DNA of 64,000 nt from Camelus ferus (lineage: Eukaryota), in assembly GCF_009834535.1 (NCBI RefSeq), contig NC_045707.1:48548001-48612000 (forward strand). The letters are read 5' to 3'. The translations under genes and the position numbers were made by a program. Below are positions 11,081 through 24,970 of this stretch, piece after piece (the first letter of the stretch is position 1; each line of letters starts with the position of its first letter). The notes beneath the pieces are model-generated. The model made no database searches. It had not been told where the DNA came from and saw only the letters and a program-made list of their open reading frames with translations.

Positions 11081-14000
11081 TACAGGGTATTTTATAAAGT
11101 GTTATAAAAGTTTAGAGATGGTGGAGATCATTGCTTGAGGGATTAGACAAGTCTTTGTGGGGAATGTGGCATTTTAGCTTGATTTTAAAATCTAGAATCT
11201 ACATGGGAAATCTCTAGAAGTTAATAGGCAAGCATCCAAGGCCTCCTGGCTTGCAGAAGTGAGGACACACAGGACGTCCTCAGAAAATGGAAAATTGGCA
11301 TGTTAGTTCTATAAAAGTTCTCATTCACAACTCCCTCCATACTTCATCTCACTTTCCATCTCCAAGCCTGAAACAGTGCTTTTGCCCATTTCAGCCAGGT
11401 TACTTACAGCTACAAGCAGGTCAACTCCAGCTGCCTCCTCTGTGATATTTCTTCAGTCATTGTATTCACACTTTTCGTGCATGGTTGCTTACTCAGACAG
11501 GGCATTTTCTATACTTTTATCCATACTTTCATGCTGTTATCCATCTTACTTTTATGTTAATATTTCATGATTTCTAACATACTCTGGGTATGAATAAAAA
11601 ATATATACCTTTATTTAAAATGTGCATAATTATACCTTCTGCTGACTTGAGGGGTGAAAAAAACTTTCCAAATGGAATTAATTTTATCCCAAAATGGGCA
11701 ATTAATAATGTATATTATGTATATTACATAGAGTATTTCTCATTTAGAGAATGACACAAAATTAATTTTTTTTCTAATTAAATTGTGCTTTGTTCGAAAA
11801 TGTGTGTACATTATTTATTACTGGACCCAAATTCGGGAATCAAAAGAATTAAATACTCTCAGTACTACAGAACTAGTTTTGGTTTTCTTTCCCAGGTTCT
11901 GTCCTTTTATACTTAACACGAGCTGGAAGCATTAGGAAGCTAACTAATTCTATAGGTCACTTCATCATCAAAATATCAAATTCAGTGCTTACAAAATCCC
12001 CATTATAGAACATGTCAGAGTTACCTCTTCTCAGAGTCTCCTTTTTTCTGACCTTTGTAATACAGTTTTCATTCTTCTGTTTGATATCTATTTCTCATGG
12101 TTTGCTGGTGATCTGAAAGGCTTTGCATAGTGAATGAAATATATTGAACCTCTAATGAGAAAAATTGGGTCACAATTTTTGAAAATAGGCATGGTGATGA
12201 CACATAAAAATGAGCTAAGGAAAAATAGAAGCAAAAACAAAGGAAGGAGGTAAATTTCTTTGATTAAAAACATTGCATTTGACATTCTCAAATTGGATTT
12301 TTTTGTTGCCATTCTTGGTGTGTTTGCGTGTTGGTTTGCTTACTGGCATTTTTTAACCACCATTAAGCTTTGTTTTGTTACCATTGCTGCATCAGCCAGT
12401 GGAGAACAAAGAGAATTTCTGGTCCAATTCTGGTAAAACTCTGACAATTAAGAGGAGAACTTTGAAAGGCAGTCCCCAGAGAGTGGGATATATTTAAGTC
12501 CTATCTTTACGTAGGTTAATACTCCAGGCATTCCTGTATCCTGATAAAACATCCCTGGAGTTTTTTATGCCAGGAAATACTCACCTTTTGTCTTCCCAGT
12601 ATGACAGTTTTGAATAAAAATCAAAGATTTTTAATCAGACCATTTACTTCCACCTATACTATACCAATCTGATATAAAAAGAATGCTCAGAGATCATTTA
12701 AATCCAAATAAACAAGTTTAGGCCACCTGCCCAGTCTTGGAAAGTTCTGTTTTGCATCACGAAGACCTCAAGGTTAATTGGTTTTCATCTCAGTTCACTC
12801 AGAACCACGAAGAACAAAATATCAAAATGAATTAATATAATGGAAAATTTTATTACTGGGCATTCTGAATGATCTTTGACAATATAAAGAAGTAGAAGAC
12901 CTCCTGATATATATGGCATTTTATTTGTTAAGCTTTAAACTAGAATGGGAGAGGGAGACAAAAGTTTTGGTTCCCAAATACAAATTTCAGTCCAGAAAAA
13001 TAGATGAGAAAATAAGTAATCATATGCAATAAGAAGTTAATTTATGTTAGTATTTAACAAACAAAGTAATTAAAAGATCTACAGGAAGTACTCAATGATA
13101 TGTATGGACTTAGAAGGAAAATAATTTTTAACAATCCTTTAAAATGACAAAAAGAATTCAAAGATCTATCTATGAAATGTTTTTTCTTGTCTTAGAGGCC
13201 TCTGTTTCTCCACAGAACCTTGTCATTGTTGATGGCGCGCCACTCTGTGAATGGCTGAGAGCACACAGAACCCTCCCTGCCAGCCAGTCTTTCCTCTCAC
13301 CCCAGCCAGAGCTCCTAGGAATTCCTTTGACGACTAAATGAGGTAACAGATAAACAGTTGCTTCGTGAATAATCATGCACTAGGCAAACGTCACTTGTTT
13401 TGCCTCCTGGTAGGTCACTGCTAGGTGTTCTCTGAAAAGCAACATTAAATAAATTCTGTTTATATCATGATTTTGCATCTAGATAGCCTTTGTGATGATT
13501 GCTAACTATTTATATATGTATATACACACACAGCCTTTTAGTGGAAATTTCAGTTTTATCAGCAAATTTCCCCTTAAGGACATGATTATTTTAGTAGTCA
13601 ATTCCTTGGATTAATTGATTGATTGATTTTTTTTAATTGAAGTGGCCAGTTTTGCAAGTGGTGCCCCAGGAGGAGATATACCATGGTTTTGAATACAGGA
13701 AAAAGTAAATGCTTTGGTTGGTTTCTGGGGAAGTTGTTGCTGATGCCTATTGTTGAATTGTTAGCAGTACTGAGTGCTCATTTCATTGGGGAACTTCCCA
13801 TAATGGAGGCCTGTCCACTCGGTTTTGTGAGGTGTTGCTTAAAAGAAACATTTCATGGGCATCCTATTGTGCATTTTTTCCTTTTCAACTGGTTACCTTT
13901 TATCCTGGGGCTCATCCAAGCACTTTTCTACCCAGTCACAGTAACACTGTGCTTCTCCCTCCCCCTCCCCCTGCCCTCCATCTCCAACCTGGATCTGCAA

Positions 14001-14254
14001 ACTGGGAAATTCAATTTAGAGAAGTTGAGATGTGAAATTTAATTGATCTCAGCATATTTCCAGTAGAACCCAGCTCTTCTATTTTATATCTGTTTGAATC
14101 AATGCCGTGGAAAACCAAGGTTACACAGTTTTTTGTACGTCTGTTTTTTTCACATTATAGCATCAAGGAATTAAGCTTTATGCATTTTAACTTGCATTGT
14201 TTTAAAAATAATTTTAACCATTTAATTCTTCTAAAATATTTTATAGTAAAGACA

Positions 14255-14470
14255 CCATATATTGAAGACTTACTATGAGCTAGGAACAGTGTTAAATGTT
14301 CTAATTTAACCCTACAAAAACCATAGAGGTAACTATTATTAACTACATTTTATTATTGAGGAAGTAGGTTAGAAATGATCTTAAGTTTCTTATCCAGGTA
14401 CACAAAGCTAGTAAAAGAGATACAACAAAAAGAGATAGAACAAAAAATTGAATCAATTGCCTGAGTACTT
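14255..14470 (-). mobile_element. MIR SINE
   Basis: ttgaagacttactatgagctaggaacagtg...gaggaagtaggttagaaatg...aggtacacaaagctagtaa. Confidence 0.7.
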
Positions 14471-16682
14471 ACCAGTTACAAATTAGCATAACTCTCAGTA
14501 CAGTTTTCAAAATCAGTTTATCTAAAATGGTGTTTTTAAAATATTTTAGCAGTGAAATATTCTTTTTAAAAATAATTCTAATGCAAAGGAGATTGACTGA
14601 ATTTTATTATGTAATATTTATGTTTTTTTATTTTTGACAATAATAATTCACAGACATTGTAAACATTCAAACAACACAGAAATGCACAATATGAAAAGAA
14701 GTGAAAATTCTGTTTGACAGACACAAAACTTTCAGACAGTAATTTAGGTGACTGCCTAAGTCAGATCAGCCTTGGCATTCAATTTGTCTTTGTAATTTAC
14801 TGGATTGTTTAGGAAATAGAACATCTTGACTCTTACCAACAGGAGGGTATGACCTTGTATTCTTATATTTGTGTGTGTGTGTGTACAGGCACACACAGAT
14901 ACGAGTTACGGGGAAAAAAAAAAAAAAAAGCACAGAGCTATAACCATCTTAATTAAGGACACATGTTTGCAAGTTCAAATATAGTCCCAGAAATGGTAAG
15001 AAAGATTTTAGGTTAAGGCCTACAGGAAAATGAATTAACCTGGCAGCAGAAGCCAAATATACTGGTGGTCTAAAATGTGTTAAAATTTAGTATGTAACAC
15101 ATTTGAATGTCTTAACAATTTTTATGTTAAAATATTAAATTGGAGTCGAATGTCAATAAACCTTTTAAAACACCTTTAAGAACTAAGGTTCCATAGAAAA
15201 CAGTTTAAAAATCACCCCTCAAGACATCCCATCCACTACTAACCCCCTTTATTTAAGAACAATAATCCTTTCGAACCTTTGTCTAACCTGTAGATCTTCA
15301 CATCAGATAGTTGTCAAGCATCAGGAAAGTTAAATACTCAAAAATACACTCACACATGTGCACCCACACATACACACAGACATGTCTCTTAACAATCTGT
15401 AGCAAAAACATACCCTAAAGCATATCTAGTCGACATATATCAAATATATTTTGATCCTGGGGTTGTAGAGAAATAAGGGAAATTCCTAAGCAAATGGTTC
15501 CTGATGGTCCATGCTAAAGTTAAGAATATCATTTGGGACAGACAGTTTGTATGAAACAAAGACTATGGTTAAAGTTGGAAGTGAGAAGCACATAAAACTT
15601 GGGGTGAAGTTAAGGTTCATGTTTAATGTTATAATCCTTGGTTATGGTACCCAAGGATGTCAGTCTTTAATTTTTTCCATGAATATATTTTCTTAGTGAA
15701 AGAGAATGCTTAATTAGGGAATATTATCTTCAATAGTCATCCATCTACAAATTAGTTATTTTAATGGAGGTCCTGTCTTGAAAATCATAAACTTAGATTC
15801 AGTGGCAAGCAGATTTTCCTGTAAGTTTATTTGTTTCTTTGTTTTATTTCTCCTATGGCTTGAATTCAAAACTATGACTACGCCCTTGAACCGAGCTTCC
15901 AAGTCATTTTGCTGTTTGATTAAGTAAGATCTGGCTAAGAAGCTACATTTGAGCAGATGATAGAAAAAGTATGCTAACATGTAAGAGGGAGAGCAATTTC
16001 TTCATATTTTTTAATTTGGCCTTACAGCAGTTGAGGGATTTAATTATCTCCTTTTGAATCTTGTTGTGTTTTTTCTTGTTAGACTGAATTCAGCTTTTAT
16101 TATTTATTTCTGTGACTTCACAAGACAAACTGAAAAACTGAAAAACACCAGGCACATCAGGAACTAATTTAACTTGGGTCCCAGTTAAGAATAAAGGAAG
16201 GTCTTGGTTCTGTGCCCCATTCCACTCCCACTTTGTTGAATTTGCTTCAGCAAAGCGAGGGGCAGCATTTTGTGTTGCTTTTGTGCTATTTAATACACCA
16301 TCTAAAACAGTACTTTCAAATGGTGGTTTTCAGTATGGGTCCTCTGGCTCACTGGAGTTCCATAAAAGTCCTCCACAGCAATCTGCATAACAGTACCAAA
16401 TACAAGTAACAAAGGGAAAAAGACGTAAAAATCAGGACTTGCGCTACAGAGAAAGTAACATTAAGAAATAAAGCATTTTAAAATATCATAATGGGGCTTT
16501 TCTTTTTTTCTTCTTTTTTTTTTTTTTTTTAGCATTATCAAGTAAGCTGTGTTGGAGGTCTGAGGAATCTTTACTGTTTAAATGTAGCCAGTAAAATAAA
16601 AGATTTGGGGTGAGTGCTATTAGTTTTATTTATACAGCTGATTTCACATGTCAGAGGTTTAACAACTTGGAATGGAGAAATA

Positions 16683-16988
16683 TAGATCCACAATCACATA
16701 AAATTTTTGAAGTCAGATGTGTCTCAGAATTGAGAATTTCTTAGATTTTAACAAGGTAATAGCAAGACATATGATATATATCATGTAACATCACTAAGAG
16801 TGTCTGGATTAGCGCCCAGTAATTAAAACATGTTAATACCCATACAGAAAAATGTATGAATATTCCCATTAAATAGAATAAAGATCATAAATAACCTTAT
16901 TTCCATCATTTCAGGGCAAGTCTTGCCAATAAATCTGTTTTCGATGTTTTCTGCATTTCAGAATTGTAGTTAAGGGATTATCGACCTC
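16683..16988. mobile_element. Tigger-type (TcMar) non-autonomous element; subfamily not assigned
   Basis: Imperfect TIRs (tagatccacaatcacata versus reverse complement gaggtcgataatccctta) with TA at both flanks. Confidence 0.6.
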
Positions 16989-18049
16989 TATTACCTAATA
17001 GCTCTTCCAGATGGTGCACCAGTTCACATTCCCACCAACGTTTATAGATGATTTCTTGGCAGGTCTTAGTCATCCTTGAATTAATGTCCAGCAGGGTGTC
17101 TAACTCATAGTGAGTATTAATTTTTAATTGAATTATTTAAGCAAAACACCACCATCAAGAAGATGAACCAAAATAATAACCTCTGGGGAATATTCAGTGA
17201 GCAGTCACTTAAAAATGAATTGGAAAACAAAAACATGAGTTTTTCTCACATGCTGTATGTAAGTTGGTTTTGGTTTGTGTATAAGGCTAAATTAAACAAG
17301 ATCTGCATTTCCCAAGGACCCCCAAATATTTAAATGACCAAGCTCTGTGCAGTTAAAGGTCAATCATGTAGTCCAATTTGGGAGTTTAAAGGGCTCAAAG
17401 TAAAATATGTTAGAAGTATTTCTCATGCCTTTAGAGTGACCATGCTGGGAGTTTCTTGACAATTCAGGATACAGGATTCTTCTAGCACAGAGCTTTGCAA
17501 AGTTTCACTATAAATATAAACCTCATCAGCTGACATCTAATTCTTTTTTTTTTCCCCCTAAAGAACACTATGGCTTTTTTTCCCTATTCCATATCATCAT
17601 TTAACAATAGCAATCCTTTCTAATTAGCCTTTGAAGGTATTTGTCCAAACAGTGTCAGATCTGAGCTATACCAAAAGTTATCATAATTATATAATGCATT
17701 TCCACCAAGAAGAAGTAATTCCTGGAACACATGTTTCTTGGTCTAACTCAAAACAGATTAGGCATCTACAGTGTTTACTATTTACTTGTGAAAACAATTA
17801 TCCTGCCCTGCTCTTTGAATGGCTCCAGAGAGATGCTCCTCTCCTTTGTCCTGGGCTACCAGTGCTCTCCAAACCCTTTAGCTGCCAGGCATATTCCTTT
17901 AGAAAGTGAATATTCCAGAAATGCATTTATCATCAGCTCTGGTTCTTGAGAATGCTTCATGAGTTTCCTCTGAACATTAGGGCTCTTATATTTCAGGAAT
18001 TATAAATATTTAGGAGAGAAAACGTTAATTCAGAGATTTACATTTTTCT

Positions 18050-18625
18050 GTTTGCCTTCTACTGATTACCACTCCTTCCAGGCCATCTCTCACCCTACTG
18101 TAGTAATGTGTCTAAGCTATTCAGCTGTTTGATCACTTTAGTCCTTTTCTTAGAAACCACCTTTTGTTATTTTGTTTGTTGTTTACTGTTATTCTGAATC
18201 CACTTCTCTGGCTCCATGTCCCTTCCTTCCCCACCTACTCCAGGTATATCTGTATTTCAACTTCAGTAAACTCCATGCTGTTCTAAAAACACCAAAACCT
18301 TGATCTTATACCTTTGTACATACTTGTCTTTTTGTTTGTGATATTGTGATATACTCCACTCCTTCTCAAGCAAACTCATACTTATATCCCAAGAAGCAGT
18401 TTAAACATCAGCCGAGGGAAACTTCCTGACAATTTCTTTGTGCTCTTCTAACATTTTTTACATCCTACTATTGTGGCACTTCTTGGTCAATGTCATTTTA
18501 AGTATTCTGTGATATTTCTACCTTTTCTTAACTTTTTGTGTCTTTTCCAGAACATCTCATATAATAAAGTATATTTTTGGTGCTTTGTAAATCTACGTTG
18601 ATTGAATACATATGAATGAATGTTT
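18050..18625 (+). mobile_element. L2 LINE 3' region
   Basis: Degenerate L2 text ending ttgattgaatacatatgaatgaatg. Confidence 0.55.
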
Positions 18626-19879
18626 CATGGATGCATTAACAAATTTCTTTTGGGGGGGTGTTCAGTTTATGACGTATTACTTAATAAGAAAACGCCACTC
18701 TAATAATATAAAACTCCATGAAGTTTTTAACTGAACAAATAAATATTTTTTTTTCATTTTAAACACAACATATGCTATGATGAAGCAGAACATCATGCAC
18801 TGTCTATAAAAATAACATCATCTGTCTTCATGGGAGGATTTGCAGATCCTTCTCAACAATCACGTTTCTAAAAATCCCTTGACACGTGATAAAGAGTGGT
18901 GATGAAGGATGATCCAAGTTCTAGGAAATGCCAACAATTAAGGATTATGAGGATACCGAATATGTGTGCTAAATTGACTTTCTTCAGTATTTGACACAAT
19001 TCTTAGAGCATGTGATGCCTTAAAACCCAGCTTCAAAGAAGCCACCCAGTCCCTGTTTTCAAAGCAGGGCTGAGCCTGGTTTCTTTGTGGTGCACTCTTC
19101 CTGGAGCCAAGGACTTTCCTCTAGGCTATTTCCTGCTTTCAGGAAAGCAGAATGCAGGGCTTCCCTCAGCTACCATCCCTCCCTGACCAGTTTCACTGCT
19201 CTCTGCCACTATCCAAAGTCCAAGGGACCCAGGACCTGAAAACAAACCATTTATTTGGTTGCATTTCCTCACAGGGTGATAAGCAGTATTCACTCTAACT
19301 TAGGACATCACAAATCTATCTATCTAAAATAGGACGTCATAAATGAAACACATGATGGTTAGTCCAAAACTACTCCTAATTTGTATTTGGAGTAATTGAT
19401 TTGTCTTCCTTCCAATGGTGACCATACCATTTTACTTTTCTTACTTGGAATTAGGGACCTTATAGTCTTCTACTGAAATTGATGTCACCTAGCATAAAAT
19501 CCTGTATTAAATCTTCCCCTTTTGGTGGGAAAAGGGGGGGCACTTAGCATATCTCCATTTCTCTACTCATTAATCCTACATGTTTTTTGCAGCTGTGAAA
19601 GAAAAGGAATTTTAATGCTTTTTTTTTTTTTTTTTACTTGTGGTCTTATTTTAAATAATCCTGATAGGATTTATAGAAAAAAATATAGGAAATTTTAGGT
19701 CTCCCAGATGTTATTGATAAAAAGGAATTAGTACCTGGATGTTGTGCTTAGCTATTAGGAATTAGGGTTGAAATATTCTAAAGTTTTGCAATTTTCACAT
19801 AAAAATGGATTTTGCTGGATATTCAGGGAACTTTCTCAATCTAAAGATTCAAATTCTTTACTATCTCTGGAATATTGAC

Positions 19880-20330
19880 TTACTGCCTTATTTGCCTATT
19901 ATGACACCAGTACTACACTGTCTTGATTACTTTATAATAAGTCCAGGAATCCAATAATATTATTCCTCCAACCTTGCCCTTTTTCAACTTTTTCTTGACT
20001 ATTCTAGGTCCTTTGCATTTCCATATGAATTTTAAATTCAGTTTGCCGAGAGGGGAGGATATAGCTCGAGTGGTAGAGTGCTTACTTAGCATCCACAAGG
20101 TCCTGGGTTCAATTCGTAGTACCTCCTCTAAAAAAGTAAATAAATAAGTAAACTTACTTACCTCTCCCAACAAAAAAATAAATATGTAAAGTCACTTAGC
20201 CAATTTCTATAAAAAATCCCTGCTGGGATTTTGATGGGGATTGCATTGAATCTATAGATCTGTTTGGGAAGAACTGACATCTTAACAGTAATGAATCTTC
20301 CAATCCCAATCTTAACAATATTGAGTTTTG
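19880..20330 (-). mobile_element. L1 ORF2 fragment (old L1M), interrupted by a SINE
   Basis: ORF-track peptides LKFIWKCKGPRIVKKKLKKGKVGGIILLD..YYK and FFPNRSIDSMQSPSK are L1 ORF2-like. Confidence 0.85.
20048..20186 (+). mobile_element. tRNA-derived camelid SINE (Vic-1-like)
   Basis: A box TAGCTCGAGTGG 20062-20073, B box GGTTCAATTC 20106-20115, A-rich tail; decayed 15-bp TSD taaattcagtttgcc / taaagtcacttagcc (12/15 identical). Confidence 0.85.
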
Positions 20331-20906
20331 GAAGAGAAAGAATATAAACTCCTGTGTTTTTATCTGATCTCTTTGCTGGAAGCTTTGTTTATAATCTTTA
20401 ATGTGTTTTTCTCTCAATCAGTTTTCCCTTTCTAACTTCTAACATAGAAAGTTTTAACTGTTGCGAAAATAAACAATACCCAATTCACTTAACACAGTTA
20501 TCTTTTCTAACTAGCTATCTATTTTCTTTCACAACTAAACCAGTGGAGCCAAATTGCTGTTAATACATTTTCATCACTTGTATCTCTGAGACTAGTTTGG
20601 CCTAGAACTTTATATTGCTAGTCAGTAGTGTTCCTATTGTGATCAGAAACTAATGTTCTTTCTCTTAGTCCTTTTCTTTTTGATCTTTTGGCGAATTTCA
20701 TCATTGCCTTTCCCCTCTGTAAACCTCCCTTCCCCCACTGAATCCTAGGGACTGTGTATTTCTGGTTCTGACCCCCAGCTCTTTGACGATACTTTACACC
20801 GGCTGCTAGAGCTAGACAGTATTATTTTCTACAATGTATTCCAGAAAGCACTAGCTCCTCCAGATATTAATTGGCAAAAAAAGAGAAAAATATGTATCAT
20901 TAAATA

Positions 20907-21193
20907 CAGTCACCCCTCTGTATTCACACATTCCACAATTGCAGATTCAGCCAACCACAGACAGAAAAGCAAAATTTGAATTTGCCACCTGTAGGTAACT
21001 ATTTACATAGCATTTACCTTGTGTTAGGTATTATGAGTAACCTAGAAGTAACTGAAAGCATATGGGAGGATATGTGTTGGTTATATGCAAATACTATGTC
21101 ACTTTGTCATTTTTATATAAGGGACTTGAGCATCTACAGATTTTGGTATCATCAGAGTGGAAACAATCCCCCATAGATATCAAGGGACAACTG
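20907..21193 (-). mobile_element. MER2 (Tigger2-derived MITE)
   Basis: CAGTC...CTG termini with TA flanks; internal atataagggacttgagcatc and ggttatatgcaaatactat match MER2. Confidence 0.9.
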
Positions 21194-22846
21194 TAAGTTT
21201 AGGCAACACAAACTCAAGGTTCTTCACTTAAGAGCCTTTCATATGCAAATGTGCATCATAGATCACTTGGAAGAAGTTACAGCATATGATAGTAACCAAA
21301 CCTGCAAGCCTGGTGATATAAACTCTGAGCAAATAATAAGGCATTAAAAATTGCCATGCCTATCAGGGGGACCTGAGTTGTTCAAGTATCTTTTCATTAC
21401 TTCGTTTCCTCATCTGTTTTATTTGTGTACAGTTTTTCCAGTCTCATCTTTGAAATTCAGCATCAATTTTGTTATTATGATTTTTCATCTTTATTCAACT
21501 ATTCATCATTATAACAGTTATAATAATTCTAAAATTTCAGCATAATATTCCTTAACATGAGAGATATCTTTCTCTTAGTGGTGAATGGAATTACTTTTAG
21601 TTTAACATAAATTTTCAAAATAATTATGAGAGGGAGGACAGGGGTGGATATGGTGTTAAGAAAGCAAAACTGTCTGGGAGGAGAGCATAACTCTGAATTA
21701 CAGAAATATTCCAATCTTCCATTCTGTGGTCGGAGGGAAAAACTGGATCTCAATATACCAATTATGGGTTTGGCTAGTATGTTTAAGATGACTAGAAGTA
21801 CTCTGCATCAGGATACAGAACACTGTGGTCAGACTAGGAGGTAGATGTGTACTTAAAAATGTTTCAACATTGGACTAAACTAAGCTTCCTCATACCTAAA
21901 AGAAGAATGACTTCAAACTCTAGTGAAAGCATTAGTCTCCAGTTGATGTGACAGAATGGCCTAATCAATAATAAATTGGAATGAATGTAGGGGCTGTTCT
22001 GCCATCTTTGATCAATATGGTATCTGTCATCTTTCTGGAGCTCTGCCAAAAGTGATGCTCCCTGACTCCCAGGAGAAAAGTTGGCAGGAAGTACCAAGGT
22101 CTGTCCACATTTATGAAGCCAAGAGCTTAGACTATACCATTTGGAATTTAAGAACCAAGGCAGGGAAAAAAGGGAACAGGCATTCATTAATTTAAAAAAA
22201 TTTTGTGTGTAAAGAAAAAACACAAGAGCATTCATGCTTGATAAATGAAGAGAGACAGGGGTTTATATTTTTAGTTCATTTTACATATGATTTATCTGAA
22301 CAAACTTTCTATACTGATTTTTAACTTGGATTTTCCAGTTCACATGTTTAACTTGCAAAATAAATATGCTTTCAATTTAGTTTTAGTATGGAAGTCATGA
22401 GTATTTGATCAATATTCAATGAATATTAAAAACATATTTATCTAGAATCAAAAGTATGAGGTACCACAAAGAAGGAAGTATAGTTTTTTGCCATTAATCA
22501 TTTAAAGATATTTGATAGTTGTGCTCCCTGCTGTGTCTTTTGGAGCAATGAAATCTTTTCTACTTTTTCTTCATTTTTAAGAATAATGAATGGACTAGCA
22601 TTCAGCCTGTTCAGCTGTCATTGTATAGAATCTTACAGCAGGAAATATTGACTAATGTGTTGTTTTATTTCAGAAAATGAAACATCTTTCTTATTAAAAT
22701 CCTTATTTACCATAGTTTTGATAAGAGGGATGTTCTAAGAGCGCTGTGAGAATGATTTTCATTGGAAAGGTGACCATATATCCAAGTCTTCCAAAGAATA
22801 CTTTAAGTTAAGCAATTTATGGCAAAAGAATTAGCCACTTAAAGCG

Positions 22847-23304
22847 TGTGTAGTCGATTTTATGGCAACTTAGATAGCCTATAATACCCAGCTATTCAAT
22901 TAAAATTAATCTTCTTGTTGGTGTGAAGGTTTTTGGTAAACATGATTAACTCTACAATCAGTTGACTTTAAGTAAAGATTATCTTTGATAATGTAGGTGG
23001 GATTGATCCAATCAGTTGGAAATCTCTAAAAAAAAAAAAAACCTTGAGATTTCACTGAAAAAGAAGAAATTCAGCCTGTGACTTCAGCTTCAGCTCCTCC
23101 TCTAGAGTTTCCAACCTGCCATACGGATTTTGGACTTGCCTAGCTGGCCAATCGCATAAGACAAGTCCTTGCAATAAATCCTATAGATTATATAGGAATA
23201 TATACATAAATATATATATACACACATATATTCATACAAACATACATGTGTGTGTATACGTATCCCACTGGTTCTGTTCCTCTGGTGGAGCCATGATTGA
23301 TACA
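22847..23304 (+). mobile_element. MLT2-type ERVL solo LTR
   Basis: TG...CA ends, caatcagttgactttaagtaaag, aataaa followed by a TA-rich tract and tcccactggttctgttcctctgg. Confidence 0.85.
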
Positions 23305-23329
23305 GAGCACACACTATGCACTGTCCAGC

Positions 23330-23600
23330 TCTTTCCCAAAAACACTTTTCTCGGTCATCCTAAAGTCTGAGCCCTCTCTTTCCTACCATTACGTAGCACA
23401 GCATCATGCCTATTTTCTTTATAAAATTCTTAACAATCTGCAAATTTTTTAATTTAAAATTTTTTAGTGTCTTTCTACACTAAAAGAAAAATTTTTGAGG
23501 TTGGGCACACTAAGTCTCTCCTCCAATAATGTATCCTTTAGCCTGAACACAGTGCCTGGCTCATAGTAGGTGCTCAGTTTGTTGGATAAATGAAAATAAC
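23330..23600 (+). mobile_element. L2 LINE 3' end
   Basis: acagtgcctggctcatagtaggtgctcagtttgttggataaatg. Confidence 0.7.
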
Positions 23601-23609
23601 TAAATTATC

Positions 23610-23780
23610 AGATTTAATCTTCATAAATATTCTGTAATATGAGATCTATTATTCCCTTTTTACAAACCTCAGAGAAATTAAGTGATTTACCTCAAGTCAC
23701 ACAACTAGTAAGTGAGGGATCTGAGATTTAAATCCAAATTGTTCTATTTCCAAATCCATTCTATTTTCTTTACATAACAT
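23610..23780 (-). mobile_element. MIR SINE
   Basis: ctcagagaaattaagtgatttacctcaagtcacacaactagtaagtg. Confidence 0.75.
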
Positions 23781-24321
23781 TGATTTAGCTTTTTATTAAA
23801 CTTAGCATCTACAGTGTATCAGGCCCTCGTTAAACACTGAAGAACACAAGAAGGAATTACACACAGTGTGATCAGATACACACTTACCTCTATTACTTAG
23901 CCATGTGCACACCTGCAGATGAATGATTTTGGTGGTACTCCTGCCTGAGAGAGTGGGAAGAGGCCTTAGAGCTGAGGAAGCCATTCAGGCAGGCCTTGAG
24001 TGGTGAGGTTGGAATTGTGAAAAAGATCAGTTTAAACACAAGAGGTAACATTAGCAAAGATACAAGCAGTTGCAGGTTATGAATGAGGAATGGTGACATT
24101 TCAACTCACTATTTAGAGTGGGAGGTATGTGGGTGGTTGGGGATAGATAGGAAACCACGTATGAAATGGACTTGAAGTCTGGACATAATCCTATATGCAG
24201 TTATGGCAACCATGCTAGGTCATGCTTTGTGTGTTTGTTTCATTTTTAAAGTGTAAACTTTTTGAAGGTAGATACATTAATAATTATGGAGTGGAAGGAA
24301 TCTCTCACTGGGCTCTTTTAG

Positions 24322-24700
24322 TATGTTACTCCAGTCCCCTAAGAAACAAATTACCAAGATATGATTAAATTTGCAAGGAATTTATTAGGGAACACAACTG
24401 TGTGAAAAAAAATGGAGTGGGAGCTAGAAGAGACTAGAAGATTTGTCTGAAGATGATGCTGATCTGATCCCTACTGAGAAGCAGCCTTAACTGTCCCACA
24501 ATATGAGGAATCTTCAGCAAGGTCATCAGGAGTCCTTGAATGAAAGTCAACTATCCTAGGAATTCCTTATCTACAAGAAGGGACTCCCTTTGTCTTCCTA
24601 CAATGCTCAGTAATTGGCCTTTGGGAGGTGTGGCACAGCTTTTGGGCCCTAAGTCAGTGGTGCTGCCTGTAGCTGGAGGTCTGTGAGTTGCAGTCTTTAT
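24322..24700 (-). mobile_element. LTR16-like ERVL solo LTR
   Basis: tttattaggga...aaaatggagtgggagctagaagagactag...gatctgatccct resembles the LTR16 family in reverse. Confidence 0.55.
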
Positions 24701-24970
24701 TTATATACATCAGCTAGCTTGTGCCCTACAGAATTAAAGATTTCTTTTTGTCCTAATTAGGACTTTAGACTATAGTCTCCCTAAACATTATTATTTACAT
24801 TAGGGAGAGGTGGGTGATCCTTTGGTGCAATTATTTTGCAACCAAATTAAAATAAATTTATTTCATAATTAGACACAAAGTCCTCTAAATGTGAACATTT
24901 GAGGTTAAGTTTCCATTTAAATGCCTAAAACTGAAGGATAAATCACTTCTATTTTAAAAGGAAGACATGA

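Noticed and set aside
18777..18960. C/D box snoRNA (ATGATGA at 18777, GTGATGA near 18899)
   Set aside because: No CTGA D box with a terminal stem found at a suitable distance.
20052..20125. tRNA gene
   Set aside because: It has A and B boxes but continues into a SINE body and A-rich tail with a TSD and lacks a proper acceptor stem, so it is a tRNA-derived SINE.
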